Source: Octopus sinensis (Eukaryota). Taken from it: 64,000 nt of DNA. The stretch spans positions 4,774,001 to 4,838,000 of the forward strand of contig NC_043002.1 of NCBI RefSeq assembly GCF_006345805.1, read 5' to 3'. Below the pieces are notes generated by a model. That model saw only the letters and a program-made list of their open reading frames with translations. It had not been told where the DNA came from and made no database searches. Position 1 is the first letter of the stretch. Each line of letters opens with the position of its first letter. Shown here one piece after another: positions 1 to 12,470 of the stretch. A program made the position numbers and the translations under genes.

Positions 1-1561
1 TCTATTCCTTTTAATTAAGACTCTTCAGCATGACCGCAGTTCAGTGACTGAAACAAATTAAAGATACATGTATATTATATTATATTACACACACACACAT
101 TTTGGTGCTACTGGATGTTTAGTTTAATTTCTCTTACGTTTTGGACGTATCTTGTCCCCGCTACTCCTGGCGGCGTTTTTAGGGTTACCGCCGCTAAATA
201 CGAATATGCAGTCAACATTTAAACCTTACAGAAGTCTTTCCTTCTCCAGATCTGATCACAGCTGATTTGCCGATTTCTGCTTCTGGTTTTGAGAGAAAAG
301 CGGTCAGAAAGAAACAAATGAATAAACAATCGCTCCCAGTACTGACTGAAAAGATTAGGGTTTTTTTTTGGGGGGGGGTACCCTGATAGGATAGAACTGA
401 TATGAAATATGTCATAAATAACAGGGGCATTTTCATATGACACCGCCAGAAAATGTTGTTGACACACTACGGCAGAAATCGTTTTCACCTCAACAGACGT
501 CATTGATTGGTTGAAATTGCCGAAATGCAAGAAAATAAACAACAAATATCTTACAAACTACAGAATATTCTCAAGAAAGCCAAGAGAAAAAGATGTTCTA
601 TAAACACATTCTACCAGTATACGAAGTTTAAAATTTTTTAGTTACAAAGAAATTATTTTTAAAATCTGCCGGTCAAAGCGAAAAGATCCAATACTTTGGC
701 TCGACGGGCACGTTGATACATCCAAAAGCATGCGGAGTTTGGTTCTCTTCATTGTTAGTAGTAATTGCTGAGAGAGATCGAATGAGTGAGAGAGAATTAT
801 AGGGTGTTGTCTCACAGTAAACTTCAATTGTCTCCACTGAGGTTTGAACTCAAGCCGCAGTAAAACGGAAGCGTAAATCATATTATACTATCCGACGCTG
901 TAACGATTCTGCTGGTTCGCTTCCTTTACGTTTTTGACTACTTCTTATTGAAATGGAAGAGAATGTCGAAACTGAAGAAATAAGGAAATCCTGAAATAAC
1001 ATTTGTAAAACAAAAATGTAAACTGACGTGGATTAGCGGAATCGAGAATCGTTTGGATTTTCGGATAAAAGATCTATATCTCTTTACCGTCTGATTTCCT
1101 ATCACCGGTCGGCTTTTGCTTTTATCCTTCCTGGAGTCATTAAAATAATTAAAAAGGAACTGATATCGGTGAATTCGACAAAAACCCTCGACATAACCGT
1201 ATTTCTATGACTGAAACAATTAAATGAATAAAGGAATAGGAAAGAAGGCCAGTGTCCCTTTGAGCGTTCGGGCAAATGAAAAGAAGCCTCGATTGATCCG
1301 AACATGAATTACTTTGATGGATAAATCGGTGAATGCTTGAAGATGCAGAGAAGTGGTGGAACATTTGGAAATGCCGTTTATTTCAAGATCTCTGGGGAAG
1401 AATATACTATAAAACATACTTGAACTCGCTACGGAACGCTAACGAAACAGCCATCTGTGATATAGGCAGTGGTTTCTGTCGGTAACATTTGTAAGCTATA
1501 CTTCCTCATTATGATGCCTAATTCATATTTGGGTGGACTGGATCATTGGGGATTATGTATA

Positions 1562-1980
1562 TATTTCTTTATTGCCCACAAGGGGCTAAACACAGACGGG
1601 ACAAACAAGGACAGACAAACGGATTAAGTCGATTACATCGACCCCAGTGCGTAACTGGTACTTAATTCATCGACCCCGAAAGGATGAAAGGCAAAGTCGA
1701 CCTCGGCGGAATTTGAACTCAGAACGTAACGGCAGACGAAATACCTATTTCTTTACTACCCACAAGGGGCTAAACACAGAGGAGACAAACAAGGACAGAT
1801 AAACTGATTAAGTCGATTACATCGACTCCAGTGCGTAACTGGTACTTATTTAATCGACCCCGAAAGGATGAAAGGCAAAGTCGACCTCGGCGGAATTTGA
1901 ACTCAGAACGTAGCGGCAAACGAAATACCGCTAAGCATTTCGCACGGCGTGCTAACGTTTCTGCCAGCTCGCCGCCTTAT
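1562..1980 (-). mobile_element. SINE family B (tRNA-like head, gcctttcatcctttcggggtcgataaa central domain), copy with duplicated body
   Basis: One head plus two tandem bodies; TSD ggggattatgtat; other copies at about 26655-27070(-), 41335-41565(+), 43620-43850(-), 54770-54990(+), 60404-60623(+) and many decayed ones (20000, 35100, 45150, 48500, 59400-59850). Confidence 0.85.
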
Positions 1981-3114
1981 TTGGGGGATTATGTATCACT
2001 GTCTTACCTCGGTAATTATTTTAGCTTTATGTTTGATAATTTCGTGTCGAACCGTATTCTGATATTCCTAATTATCATGTTAGATCAGATAAGCTTAGCT
2101 ACTCAAGTCTTGTGAATCGGTTGAATCATTAGAGTGTTATTTGTTCTGAATCTTGCGCTCTGAGTTGAAATTGTTCGGAGTTGAAATCCCTCCGAAATCA
2201 CCTTTATCTTTCATCTTCGTACAAATCCAAAGTGATGATTGAAAAAAATTGGTAGAGCACCGACGGAGGTACCTGATAACATTTGTTCTAGGTTTTTACG
2301 TTTTCAGTTCTTGTTTGATAGTCTTAATCCGTCTCCCAGTTTAACCTCACCACATGGCCTTTGGAAGACTCTGGCAGAGCTCACTCAGTCGCAAAAATTC
2401 GAGGCTGGTCTCTGAAAATAATGGCTTCTCTTCATCCTACCAGTCCCGGAGGCCCTGAAAGAAAAAAAATAGGGCCATGGAGGCTGCCCTTCCATCCATA
2501 ACTAAGCGTTAAAAAATAATCGGAGATATTTTCTTATCCATGTTAATGGTTGAAGATTAGCAATTGAAGGCGAAAGTGGCACACCATGTATTGAACATAA
2601 AATTGCTCTCTCTATATTTAATTGGTAATGTAGGTGTACAAGTAGGCGAATTGGCCGAGTCGTTAGAGCGTTGGGTAGAATGCCTTGTGATACTTGTTCC
2701 GACTCACCGCATTCTGAGTTCGAATACTGCCGAGGTCAAATTTATCTTTCATCCTTTCAGGGTAAACAAAGGAAAATGCAATCCAGGCCAATGGATTCTA
2801 GAAACTGTAAGAACTCCGAGCACAATACTTTACGGCATCTCTTCCGTCGCTTTGCATTCTAACATTGGTGCCAAGCTATGTCGTCATAACGGAAGTTTTT
2901 TTCTCCCTTAGTTAAACATCAAGACGTAGAGAGAGTAGGGTTATATACATGAATAATTGCCATTCTTCCTAAAAAAAAAATCTTGCCCAAGCCTGCGCAT
3001 ACGTGTGTGAACATACTGTCAGTCTTGACCGTTGAAGAAACTAAAATAAAACACGTGTAAATTGGCGAATCTGTGTATTGTGAATAGCTGATTTATATTT
3101 GTGACAAAACGAGT

Positions 3115-3470
3115 GGTCAATTGACTGACTTGGAGAGGAACTCGCCTCTGTACGTTTTAAAATCCGCAAGATCCTGATATGAACTGGAAAGTTCCACAGA
3201 AGCAGTGATATCGTAAAACTCTACCTAAGAAGAGATGAAGGAGGTAGAGGCTTGAGGTCAGTGCAGATATTTTTCAAATGTCGTATAGTATCTCTCAGAC
3301 AGCACCTGTTAAACAACAGCAGCAATATATATATATATATGTAAACCTAGAGCTGAAAATGAAGAGAACACCCTACGTATTGACAATCTGTGCCTCAGGA
3401 AGTACTTTCTTCTTGATGACCACTCATACAACGCCCAAGCAGCTGAACCAGTATATTCTGGACGTGACAC
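3115..3470 (+). mobile_element. Degenerate R4/Dong-like non-LTR retrotransposon RT fragment
   Basis: Reads IRKILI*TGKFHRSSDIVKLYLRRDEGGRGLRSVQ, resembling the LH.KSDVDRLYL.R..GGRGL motif after the RT core of RLE-type LINEs; contains stops. Confidence 0.65.
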
Positions 3471-3741
3471 GCTCAGATTATGTGTGTATGTGTGTATGTC
3501 TGTGTGTGTGTGTGTGTGTGTGTGCGTGTGTGCGTGCGTGCGTGCGTGTGTGCGTGTCTGTGTCTGTGTTTGACAACCGATGCTGGTGTGTTTACGTCCC
3601 TGTAACTTAGCGGTTCGGCAAAAAGTGGCCAATAGAATAAGTACTAGGCTTACAAAGAATACGTCCTGAGGTCGATTTGCTCGATTTAAGGCGGTACTCC
3701 AGCATGGCCGTAGTCAAATAACTGAAACGAATAAAAGAATA

Positions 3742-3773
<32 letters not shown>

Positions 3774-4121
3774 ATATATATATAATATATATATATATAT
3801 AATAAAGACTGTGTGGGTTCGTTTCCGATTTGAAAATGACACTAAAATCACACATGAAATGCAACCTTTCTTGGGTTTGTGACCAATATATATCAGATCA
3901 CACTTCAAATGTTATCGCTTGCAAACGAAGAGTGGGCGATTGCTGCTATGTACTTTATAAAACGAAAGAGACAGTGAAGCGATTGAAACCCGCAAGATGC
4001 AACCGAAAATGTCGATTATGACAGATTTCCGTGGAAGGCATCTCACATGCAATAAGCAGCTGAAGAGAAACGTCAAGATTCTACTTCCCAGTGCGACATG
4101 ATGACGTTGTCGCTGAGACAA

Positions 4122-4350
4122 TATGCATGCATACATACATACATAGATACATACATACATAGATACATACATAAATAAATACATACATACATACATACAT
4201 ACATACATACATACATACATACATACATACATACATACATACATACATACATACATACGTTTATACATACATGCAGACGTACATACATACATACATACAT
4301 ACATACACACATGCATACATACATGCATGCATACGTACATACATACATAC

Positions 4351-4381
<31 letters not shown>

Positions 4382-4940
4382 CATACATGTATACATACAT
4401 ACGTACATGCATACATACATACATGCATGCATGCATGCATACATACATACATACATACACACACACACATACATACATACATACATACATAAATACATAC
4501 ATACATACATACATACATACATACATACATACATACATAAATACATACATACATACATACATACATACATACATACATAAATACATACATACATACATAC
4601 ATACATACATACACACACACACATACATACATACATACATACATACATACATACATACATACATACATGCATACATACATACATACATACATACATACAT
4701 ACACACATACATACATACATACATACATACATACATGTCTACATACATACATGCATGCATACATACATGTATACATACATTCATACATACATGCATACGT
4801 ACGTACGTACATACATTCATACATACATACATACATACATACATACATACATACATACATGCATGCATGCATACATATATACATGCATACATACATACAT
4901 ACATACATACATATAAAACATACATACATACATACCTACC

Positions 4941-4974
<34 letters not shown>

Positions 4975-5020
4975 CATATATACATACATACATACATGCA
5001 TACATACATACATACATACA

Positions 5021-5052
<32 letters not shown>

Positions 5053-5070
5053 AAACATACATACATACAT
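4122..5070. repeat. (TACA)n microsatellite of about 950 bp
   Basis: Long imperfect TACA array; source of the MYVC/HTYI ORFs. Confidence 0.97.
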
Positions 5071-5459
5071 ACCGTCACTGGAACTGTAAAAATTTGTAAA
5101 ACTTTCCAGTTTACCATTTAGGTATATATGCACATGTCTAGATGTGTAGATATATGTATAAGAATATATACGTAAAACAAGACACAAATCTGCACGTGCA
5201 TTGACCCCAAATACTGCACACATACACACAGACATATCAACAGGGTGTGACATTGTTGAAATTCAAATGAACAAGCCTTGGATCTAGCTTAGAAACCGGC
5301 TCTTTCTCTGTTGGCAAGCAATCTTGAAATAAAACTGAATAATGATATACATACATACATGTACACACACACATTTTTGTATTTTTATATAGCAGATATC
5401 TACTGGTGAACTCATAAAAGCTCATACATATATATGCGTATGAATGTGTGTGTGCGCGC

Positions 5460-5501
<42 letters not shown>

Positions 5502-5577
5502 TGAGAATTGGTTGTGTAAGATGGTTGTGTAAACAACAAACAGATGTATTAGTTTAACGCTCAGGAAGTAAGAAAAT

Positions 5578-5613
5578 CTTTTACGTTTCGAGACTACGCT
5601 CTTCAGCAGAAAG
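5578..5613 (-). ncRNA. Minimal hammerhead-like variant HH6 in a Penelope-like terminal fragment
   Basis: CTTT-CTGCTGAA-GAG(CGTAGT)CTC-GAAACGTA-AAAG; one extra A after A9; A6 replaced by C. Confidence 0.4.
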
Positions 5614-5795
5614 GAACACACAAATAAACAGGGAGAGAAAATAGAAAAATAGAATATATATATATATATATATAGGTGTATAAAGGTTGAATGTGGATTC
5701 GTCTTTTAATTAGAGGTTACCAAAAAAGATTTTTAAAGTTGATTCTTCATACTTAGATGGTAGTTTACAGGTGTAAATTTGCGAAGATATGAAAG

Positions 5796-6268
5796 TAGTA
5801 CTTGTATATAAAGTACGATGAATTTATGGAATGAAGTTCCATAAATCCCATCAAATTAGTTAAAAATGGAGGAAACAAGTTGTTAGAATTTATAAGAAGT
5901 TTAATTCTTGCAGACGATCGTTTCGTACACAGATATAATAATATGAATTCATTATGGTTAAATATCCGACATAACTCCCATCTCTTTCTCGCGGGATACA
6001 AATATGACTCTGCTAGATCCAATTTTTCTGCTCTATTCCTTTTTAAGTTCTTTGTATTATGGTTTCTTTCCTTCTTGCACTGAAGAGTACGTTGATATTT
6101 GTTTTATTTAATTCAGTCATGAATTCATATTAATATACCTCTGTACGAAACGATCGTCTGCAAAAATTAAACTTCTTATAAATTTTAACAATTTGTTTCC
6201 TCCATTCTTAACGAAATTGATGGAACATCATTCCATAAATTCATCATACATTATATACAAGTACTACT
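5796..6268. repeat. Inverted repeat, arms about 165 bp, spacer about 135 bp, containing HH1
   Basis: About 5796-5965 is the diverged reverse complement of about 6100-6268. Confidence 0.85.
6075..6163 (+). ncRNA. Type I hammerhead ribozyme fold HH1
   Basis: Helix I TTGCA(6075-79)/TGCAA(6159-63); CTGAAGA 6080-86; helix II closed by GTAC/GTAC (6087-90/6143-46) with a long AT-rich insert; GAAA 6147-50; palindromic helix III ACGATCGT; GTC cleavage triplet. Confidence 0.75.
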
Positions 6269-6436
6269 ATATATATATATGTGTGTGTGTGTGTGGCTGT
6301 GTGTGTGTGTGTGTGTATATATATATGTGTGTGTGTGTGTATGTATGTATTTATGTATATATGTATGTATTTATGTATATATGTATTTATGTATATATGC
6401 ATATATGTATGTGTGTGTATATATACATATAATATA

Positions 6437-7332
6437 CGATGGTGGTGCTCAAAAGAAACCGGCATTTTGCGATATTATTTTAATCACTTAATTTTACGTG
6501 TTTACACTTTTATCGCCTTCAAAATATTCTCCATTTTAAGCAATGCATCGGTCCAGACGCGTTTTCCGCTGTTCAAAGCAGTGCTGGAACTCTGCAAAGT
6601 AATACTTTTAACGCCTCCGTCATTTTTTTTTTCTTCACCCTTCTACTTCTGCAAATTCCGTAGCACCAGCTTCTGTCACCAATAATGCTCTTCGAAAAAG
6701 GTCGGATAAATTTCCAACTGCTTTTTCAATTCACGACACGCATTCAATCGTGACTGCTTTTGATCTTCCGTGAGCAAGCGAGGCACAAATTTTGCTGCAG
6801 CTCTTTTTATTCACTATTTCTCGCTCAAAATTCGTTGGCAGGAGCTCCAGGACATATCAATAAATTCGTCAATTGTTCGGTGATAGTCCTCCAAGATCAG
6901 TTCATGAATTTTCGTGATGTTGTCATTCGTTTGAGAGGCCGACAAACGCCCTGAACAAGATTGGTCTTCAAGCGACAAGTGACCATTCCTAAAGCGTAAA
7001 AACCGCTCGCAAACTTGTGTTTTGTTCATAGCAGAGTCTTTGTAAGTTGTTTGAAGTACGACAGCTGTTTCGACCGCCGTTGTCCCCAGCAGAAAATAAA
7101 ATTCCACGGAAGCACGCTGTTCCTTCGTTTCAGCCATCGTAAAAGTCGACGAACCGGGGAGAAGCAGTGCAAAGCAAAGAGGCACCACGGAGCAGTAGGA
7201 CTTCATTTGACGACGCCGGTCGGCATACTAATGTCTGAGGGTCGCATTGAGTGGCTTCTAGCGGTGGAAGCCTGAACTACAATGGGCTTGTCCCACAGAG
7301 AATGTTTCCGGTTACTTTTGGGTACCTCCTTG
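6437..7332 (-). mobile_element. Internally deleted mariner (Tc1/mariner) transposon
   Basis: N-terminal HTH region (EQRASVEF...SLEDQSCSGR..AAKFVPRLLTEDQK) and C-terminal FQHCFEQRKTRLDRCIA*NGEYFEGD present; DD34D core missing; degenerate TIRs flanked by TA at 6435-36 and 7333-34. Confidence 0.85.
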
Positions 7333-7404
<72 letters not shown>

Positions 7405-7408
<4 letters not shown>

Positions 7409-7588
7409 TAAGTAATTAAGGGTTAGCAACGATTTGCCTCACCACACACCGAATTTAGAAATAGCAGTCAAAGAGTTATGGCTATTCTTTCTACTTAGTA
7501 GAAAGAATAGCCATAACTCTTTGACTGCTATTTCTAAATTCGGTGTGTGGTGAGGCAAATCGTTGCTAAACCCTTAATTACTTAGTAT
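7405..7588. repeat. Near-perfect palindrome, arms about 91 bp, 1-nt loop
   Basis: Centre tact-T-agta at 7496; a single 1-bp indel between the arms. Confidence 0.95.
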
Positions 7589-7687
7589 TACTTAAACCTT
7601 CCTCGAATGGGGCTTTTACATGCCGAAATCTACTTGGTGAAATTAATGATTATTCCAAATTAATTAATTTCACCCTATATTATATAT

Positions 7688-7721
<34 letters not shown>

Positions 7722-7818
7722 ACGGGAATCTTTATGAAAATAAACAAAAGACGAAGGCAGGTGGAGTACAAACAAACAATTGTATTAGTATGGCGCTCAG
7801 GAATATAAATAAAATAAG

Positions 7819-7856
7819 TCTTTTATGTTTCGAGCCTACGCTCTTCAACAGAAAGA
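7819..7856 (-). ncRNA. Minimal hammerhead-like variant HH7
   Basis: TCTTT-CTGTTGAA-GAGC(GTAG)GCTC-GAAACATA-AAAGA; same flanking context as HH6 and HH8. Confidence 0.4.
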
Positions 7857-7932
7857 TACACAGAAAAGAAACACGGAGAGAAACAAGGAGAGAAAGAAAA
7901 TGCGTGCAGAAGCTAGCGATTCAACATGGCGA

Positions 7933-8071
<139 letters not shown>

Positions 8072-8178
8072 TAGATATACATATATATATATATTTTTTT
8101 TTTTTGAAAAACTAGGATATACAGGCAACTAGCTTACATGCGAATTTAGTTTTGTGTATATTTGAAATCTAAAGGCTC

Positions 8179-8244
8179 TCTACTGACGAAAACTAGCCTC
8201 AGTGAATATTTTTTACTGGAATGAGTTAGAAACCATGGTCTAGG
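8179..8244 (+). ncRNA. Type I hammerhead ribozyme-like fold HH2
   Basis: Helix I TCTA/TAGG; CTGACGA 8183-89; helix II AACT/AGTT plus inner CAGT/ACTG but with an A.A closing mismatch; GAAA 8229-32; palindromic helix III ACCATGGT; GTC. Confidence 0.6.
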
Positions 8245-8962
8245 AACTAAATTAGATAGTAAACGTTTTTAATTTTCAATCCTTTCGAGAATTTATCCGT
8301 AATTAGTGGTTTGAGTTTTCTACTGCTCTTTCTAGCACAAGGATTTCCTATTTGGAAGCCTCTTAATGTACACGAAATATATATATATTGGGAGCATCTT
8401 TTCTTTCGCGCATTAAGTACATGACTATGATGAAGTTTTAGCCTTTTTATTTTAGATTTTTCATATTTTCTAATTGGCTTTGTACATTTAATTTGGAACA
8501 ATACGGTTCTAAAAATCCACATCAGACGTCTTTAAAACAGACACGTTGAATAACGTAGTCTTGAGTTCCTTGCAGATCGTTGCAAAACGGACTAGACATG
8601 GGTGGTGGAGTGATTTTCATTACAGGCTGCTGAATCAGGGATGTTGTTGTGCCCAGACAATAAAATCATGACAAGCCAACGAGAGGGAGTTCTTATACGG
8701 CTACTCGGTTCGCTAAATCTGTCACAGATTATAGCCTTCTTACTGCATATTTAAAACACTCATCGTGAATACAGATTCATAGTATATGTGTGTAAGCCTA
8801 TTTGAATATATGTGTCTCTATGTGTGTATTTATGCATACACACACATGTACGTTTGTTTATGACAGATGAATGCATACATACAAGCATACATACATATAT
8901 ACATACATACATATATACATACATACATATATACATACATACATATATACATACATACATAT

Positions 8963-9056
<94 letters not shown>

Positions 9057-9087
9057 ATCAAAATAAGCAACAAGAATAACTTCGGTA

Positions 9088-9179
9088 ATTTGGTACGATC
9101 GTTTCGCACTACATCATTTTATTAAATATTGTAAGTATTACAACAGTTTTAAAATGCTGAGCACTCATCAGCCATTAAT
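9088..9179 (-). ncRNA. Type I hammerhead ribozyme fold HH3
   Basis: On minus strand: TGG-CTGATGA(9171-9165)-GTGCTCAGCAT...ATGATGTAGTGC-GAAA(9105-9102)-CGATCG-TA-CCA; G10.1-C11.1 closing pair; palindromic ACGATCGT; GTA triplet; helix I short (3 bp plus bulged extension). Confidence 0.65.
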
Positions 9180-9274
9180 AGAGGTTTTCCGTTAATACAT
9201 ATGGATAACACCATACAAAATTCTGGTGCATCTAACTTAAGTACCATGTTCATTTGAATCTAAATTTTGCTGAA

Positions 9275-9314
<40 letters not shown>

Positions 9315-9409
9315 TAATCCAAACAAGAAAGCACAAAAAACACAACAACGCGAGGACGTGGAACAAATATAGTATTATTGGACGCTCAGGAAAGAAGGAA
9401 AGAAAGAGG

Positions 9410-9444
9410 GTTTAATGTTTCGAGCGGAGCTCTTCGTCGGAAAC
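9410..9444 (-). ncRNA. Minimal hammerhead-like variant HH8
   Basis: GTTT-CCGACGAA-GAG(CTCCG)CTC-GAAACATT-AAAC; outer helix I pair is G-C where HH6 and HH7 have C-G. Confidence 0.4.
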
Positions 9445-10842
9445 ATAGGAGAAGGAAAGATCCAGAGAAGGGAAGACAGAGGGAAAAAAATCGCCAACGG
9501 TACACACGCGGTCACATTTATATATATATAAATGACTTTATCATATATATATTTATTCACTCCACAAACGTTTTCTGGAGTGCAGGTGCTGCCCCTCTAG
9601 CGCCCTTATTTATAATCATATATTTATAATTATACTTTGAGTATTAATTTAATCTACATGGCTTTTTGTACACTGGCCACTGAAAAATCATTAATTAATG
9701 ACTTTATCCTAATTATATATATATATAAGAGAACAAAGTGTACGTACGTCGCTATATATATATATAAAAATACAAAACGGGACAAGAACGTAAAACATTT
9801 AGAAGACGATACAAAAAACACGGACGGGTCATTCGAAGCCTTTAATCTTCAGTCAAGAACCAGATCATCCTCGCAATTTCGGATGTTTTGCGTTCTTGTC
9901 CCATTTTGTATTTTTTTAATATATATGTATAAATAGCTCTCTTTTTCTATGTATGTATGTATGTGTATACACGCTTGCACACGCAAACACACACACACAC
10001 CACACACGAACACACACAAACACACACAAGCACACAAACAAACTTAGCGAAAAGAATCGGCGGCTGTGGGTGTGTCTGGTATCGGTAGGAACTATTTGTT
10101 GAGTTTATTAAGTGTACTTGGTGTAAACAGTAGGTCTGTTACCAAAACTTTGCTCCCTCGCGCAATATAAAGACGCTTTTCTTCCGTCTTTACATTGCTA
10201 GTCTCGCCTCTCTTTTTCTTTCTTTCGCTTTCTTTCTTTTTTTCTTTCCTTCTTTTTCTCTCTTTCTTTCTCTTTCTCTCTTCCTCCTTTCCTCTCTCCT
10301 GTTTTGTTTTTGTTGTTGTTAGGCTAAAGCTGACAGACTTTGGAACAAACCCAAAGTTCTTCAGTTTCCGTACATGAGCTAGAATATAAGAAGGGGTGAT
10401 TTAAATGGGTAGGGCAAGTGTCAATGATGTTTTTTCTTTGTGATTGCTGTTGATAGTTGTTGTTGTTGCGATGGTGGTGATGGTTATGATGATGACGATG
10501 ACGATGACGATGACGACGAGGCGAAGTAGGAGGAGGAGGAGGAAGGGCATGAGGTGGAGGAGAACGAAAAAGTGGACAACGACAACAATATGATGGTGAT
10601 CAATGAAGACGATTATGGTGATGATGAATGAACATGTTGATAGTGGTGGCAGCGTTAATCACAGGCAGTCCAGCGGTGACCAACCCGTCTTTTTCCTTCG
10701 TGCTGGGAACTCAGGGCTACATTAGTCAATGTAGCTTTTTCTAAGACGGTGATATTAAGGAGATTCAACTGCTGTTTCTAGCAGGTCGAGCGACCTCTTA
10801 TTTATAAACTTTTATCTTTGGTTTGTGGTTTATTTCGTATAT

Positions 10843-11227
10843 TACTCTCTCTTTTTACTCTTTTACTTGTTTCAGACATTTGACTGCGGCCATGCTGGAG
10901 CACCGCCTTTAGTCGTGCAAATCGACCCCAGGACTTATTCTTTGCAAGCCTAGTAAGTTACGGGGACGTAAACACACCAGCATCGGTTTTCAAGCGATGC
11001 TGGGAGGACAAACACACACACAAACATATACACACACACACATATATATATATACATATATACGACGGGCTTCTTTCAGTTTCCGTCTACCAAATCCACT
11101 CACAAGGCTTTGGTCGACTCGAGGCTATAGTAGAAGACACTTGCCCAAGGTGCCACGTAGTGGGACTGAACCCGCAACCATGTGGTTGGTAAGCAAGCTA
11201 CTTACCACACAGCCACTCCTGCGCCTA
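10843..11227 (-). mobile_element. SINE family A (tRNA head, CORE-like ccttgggcaag segment, central microsatellite, AAAGAG tail)
   Basis: Near full-length copy; further copies or fragments at about 3480-3745(+), 12997-13365(-), 16000-16240(-), 20440-20830(-), 27740-28165(-), 31700-31975(-), 51590-52120(-), 53175-53340(-), 55325-56135(+, interrupted), 57340-57550(+). Confidence 0.85.
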
Positions 11228-11929
11228 GTATTTCAGTTATTAGATTGCAGCCATGCTGGAGCACCACCTTGAAGGGGATTTTATTTTAAAGTTGATTAAA
11301 TCGACCTCTGTATTTATTTGAAGTATGCTATCGGTCTTTCTTTAGCCGAACAGCTCAGCTGCAGGGGTGTAAACAAACCTACATCGGATATCAAATGGTG
11401 ACACAGACAAACACAAGCACGCAACCATTCAGATTATATGTTTGTGTGTGGCGGGTTTCTGCACAGTTTCCCGTTTTACTAAATTCACTCACTTGTCAAC
11501 TCGAGAAAATACTTGTGGCGGGGAAGGGGTTCGTGGTTGTTGTGGTGGTAGTGGTGCTGCTGCTGTTGCTGTTGAGCGAACGGTCTTCGTCCCAGAGTTC
11601 GCAAGATGGGAGAAGTCCGAAACGTGGTCCTTTGCTATTCGTAAGACCCGCAGAAGAGAAAGCAGGTCAACCCCCGACACCGAGAGCATCGACGGATGGA
11701 TGAGTGTGCATCCAGGCTCAGCGGTTGCGTAGGAAGTTGGGGACAAGAAAGAGTGAGAGAAAGTTGGGGCGAAAGACAACAACAGGGGGCGCCACCACCC
11801 ACTGCCGGAGCCTCCTGGAGCTTTAGGTGTTTTCGCCCAATAGACATATACAACGCCCGGTCTGGGAATCGAAACCGCGATCCTCCGACCGCAAGTCCGC
11901 TGCCCTAACCACTGGGCCATTGCGCCTCC

Positions 11930-12470
11930 ACGATGCTGGTGCTGGTGATGAAGGCAGTGATAGTGGTGGGTAGCGGTGGTGGTGGTGGTGGTTGTGGCGA
12001 TGACAGCGGAAGCGACGATGGTGGTGATGGGTGTGGTAGTAGTGGTGGTCGTCGTCGTCGTCGCTTACTGGTGGTTGATGGTCCCAGTAGCAGAGGTAGT
12101 TTGGGCATTGCAGTTCGTGGTACAAGTTCTGGTGGTTGTAGTGGTGATATGATGCCGATGGTGGTAGCAGTGGTGATTATGGTAATTGAGACGTTCATGG
12201 TAGAGGCATCGGCAGCGGCAGCAGCAGCAGCAGCAGTGGTCGTGGTGGTCGTGGTAGGAAGGGAAAGAGTTAGGTAATTCTATCAATTGTTATTTGAGAA
12301 AGCGTCAGAACCAACGAAACGGTGGTGGCGGCGAAGAACGAGGAAGAAGGAGGAAGAAGAAGAAGAAGAAGAAGAAGAAGAAGAAGAAGAAGAAGAAGAA
12401 GAAGAAGAAGAAGAAGAAGACGGGATGAGGATGGAGGAGAGAGAGAGAAAGAGATGGAGGCGGGTGGTTT
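11930..12470. repeat. Compound trinucleotide low-complexity tract (GGT/GAT/GTC/GCA, then pure (GAA)n at about 12345-12420)
   Basis: Visible triplet runs; similar tracts at 10430-10630, 28650-28900 and 60720-60820. Confidence 0.9.

Noticed and set aside
4060-4080. CTGAAGA-GAAACGTC as a hammerhead
   Set aside because: No helix II and no helix I pairing; likewise CTGACGA at about 42700 and GAAACGTC at about 13860 lack the remaining elements.
3912-5253. Long ORFs up to 401 aa (MYVC/HTYI repeats)
   Set aside because: Translations of the (TACA)n microsatellite; no coding signal.
8570-8670. Possible plus-strand exon after ttccttgcAG
   Set aside because: Short frames ending in stops, no recognisable protein and no partner exons found.
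9770-9910. Hammerhead inside the short inverted repeat at 9770-9910
   Set aside because: CTGAAGA is present on the minus strand but the GAAA/helix III part is degenerate; at most a decayed PLE terminus.
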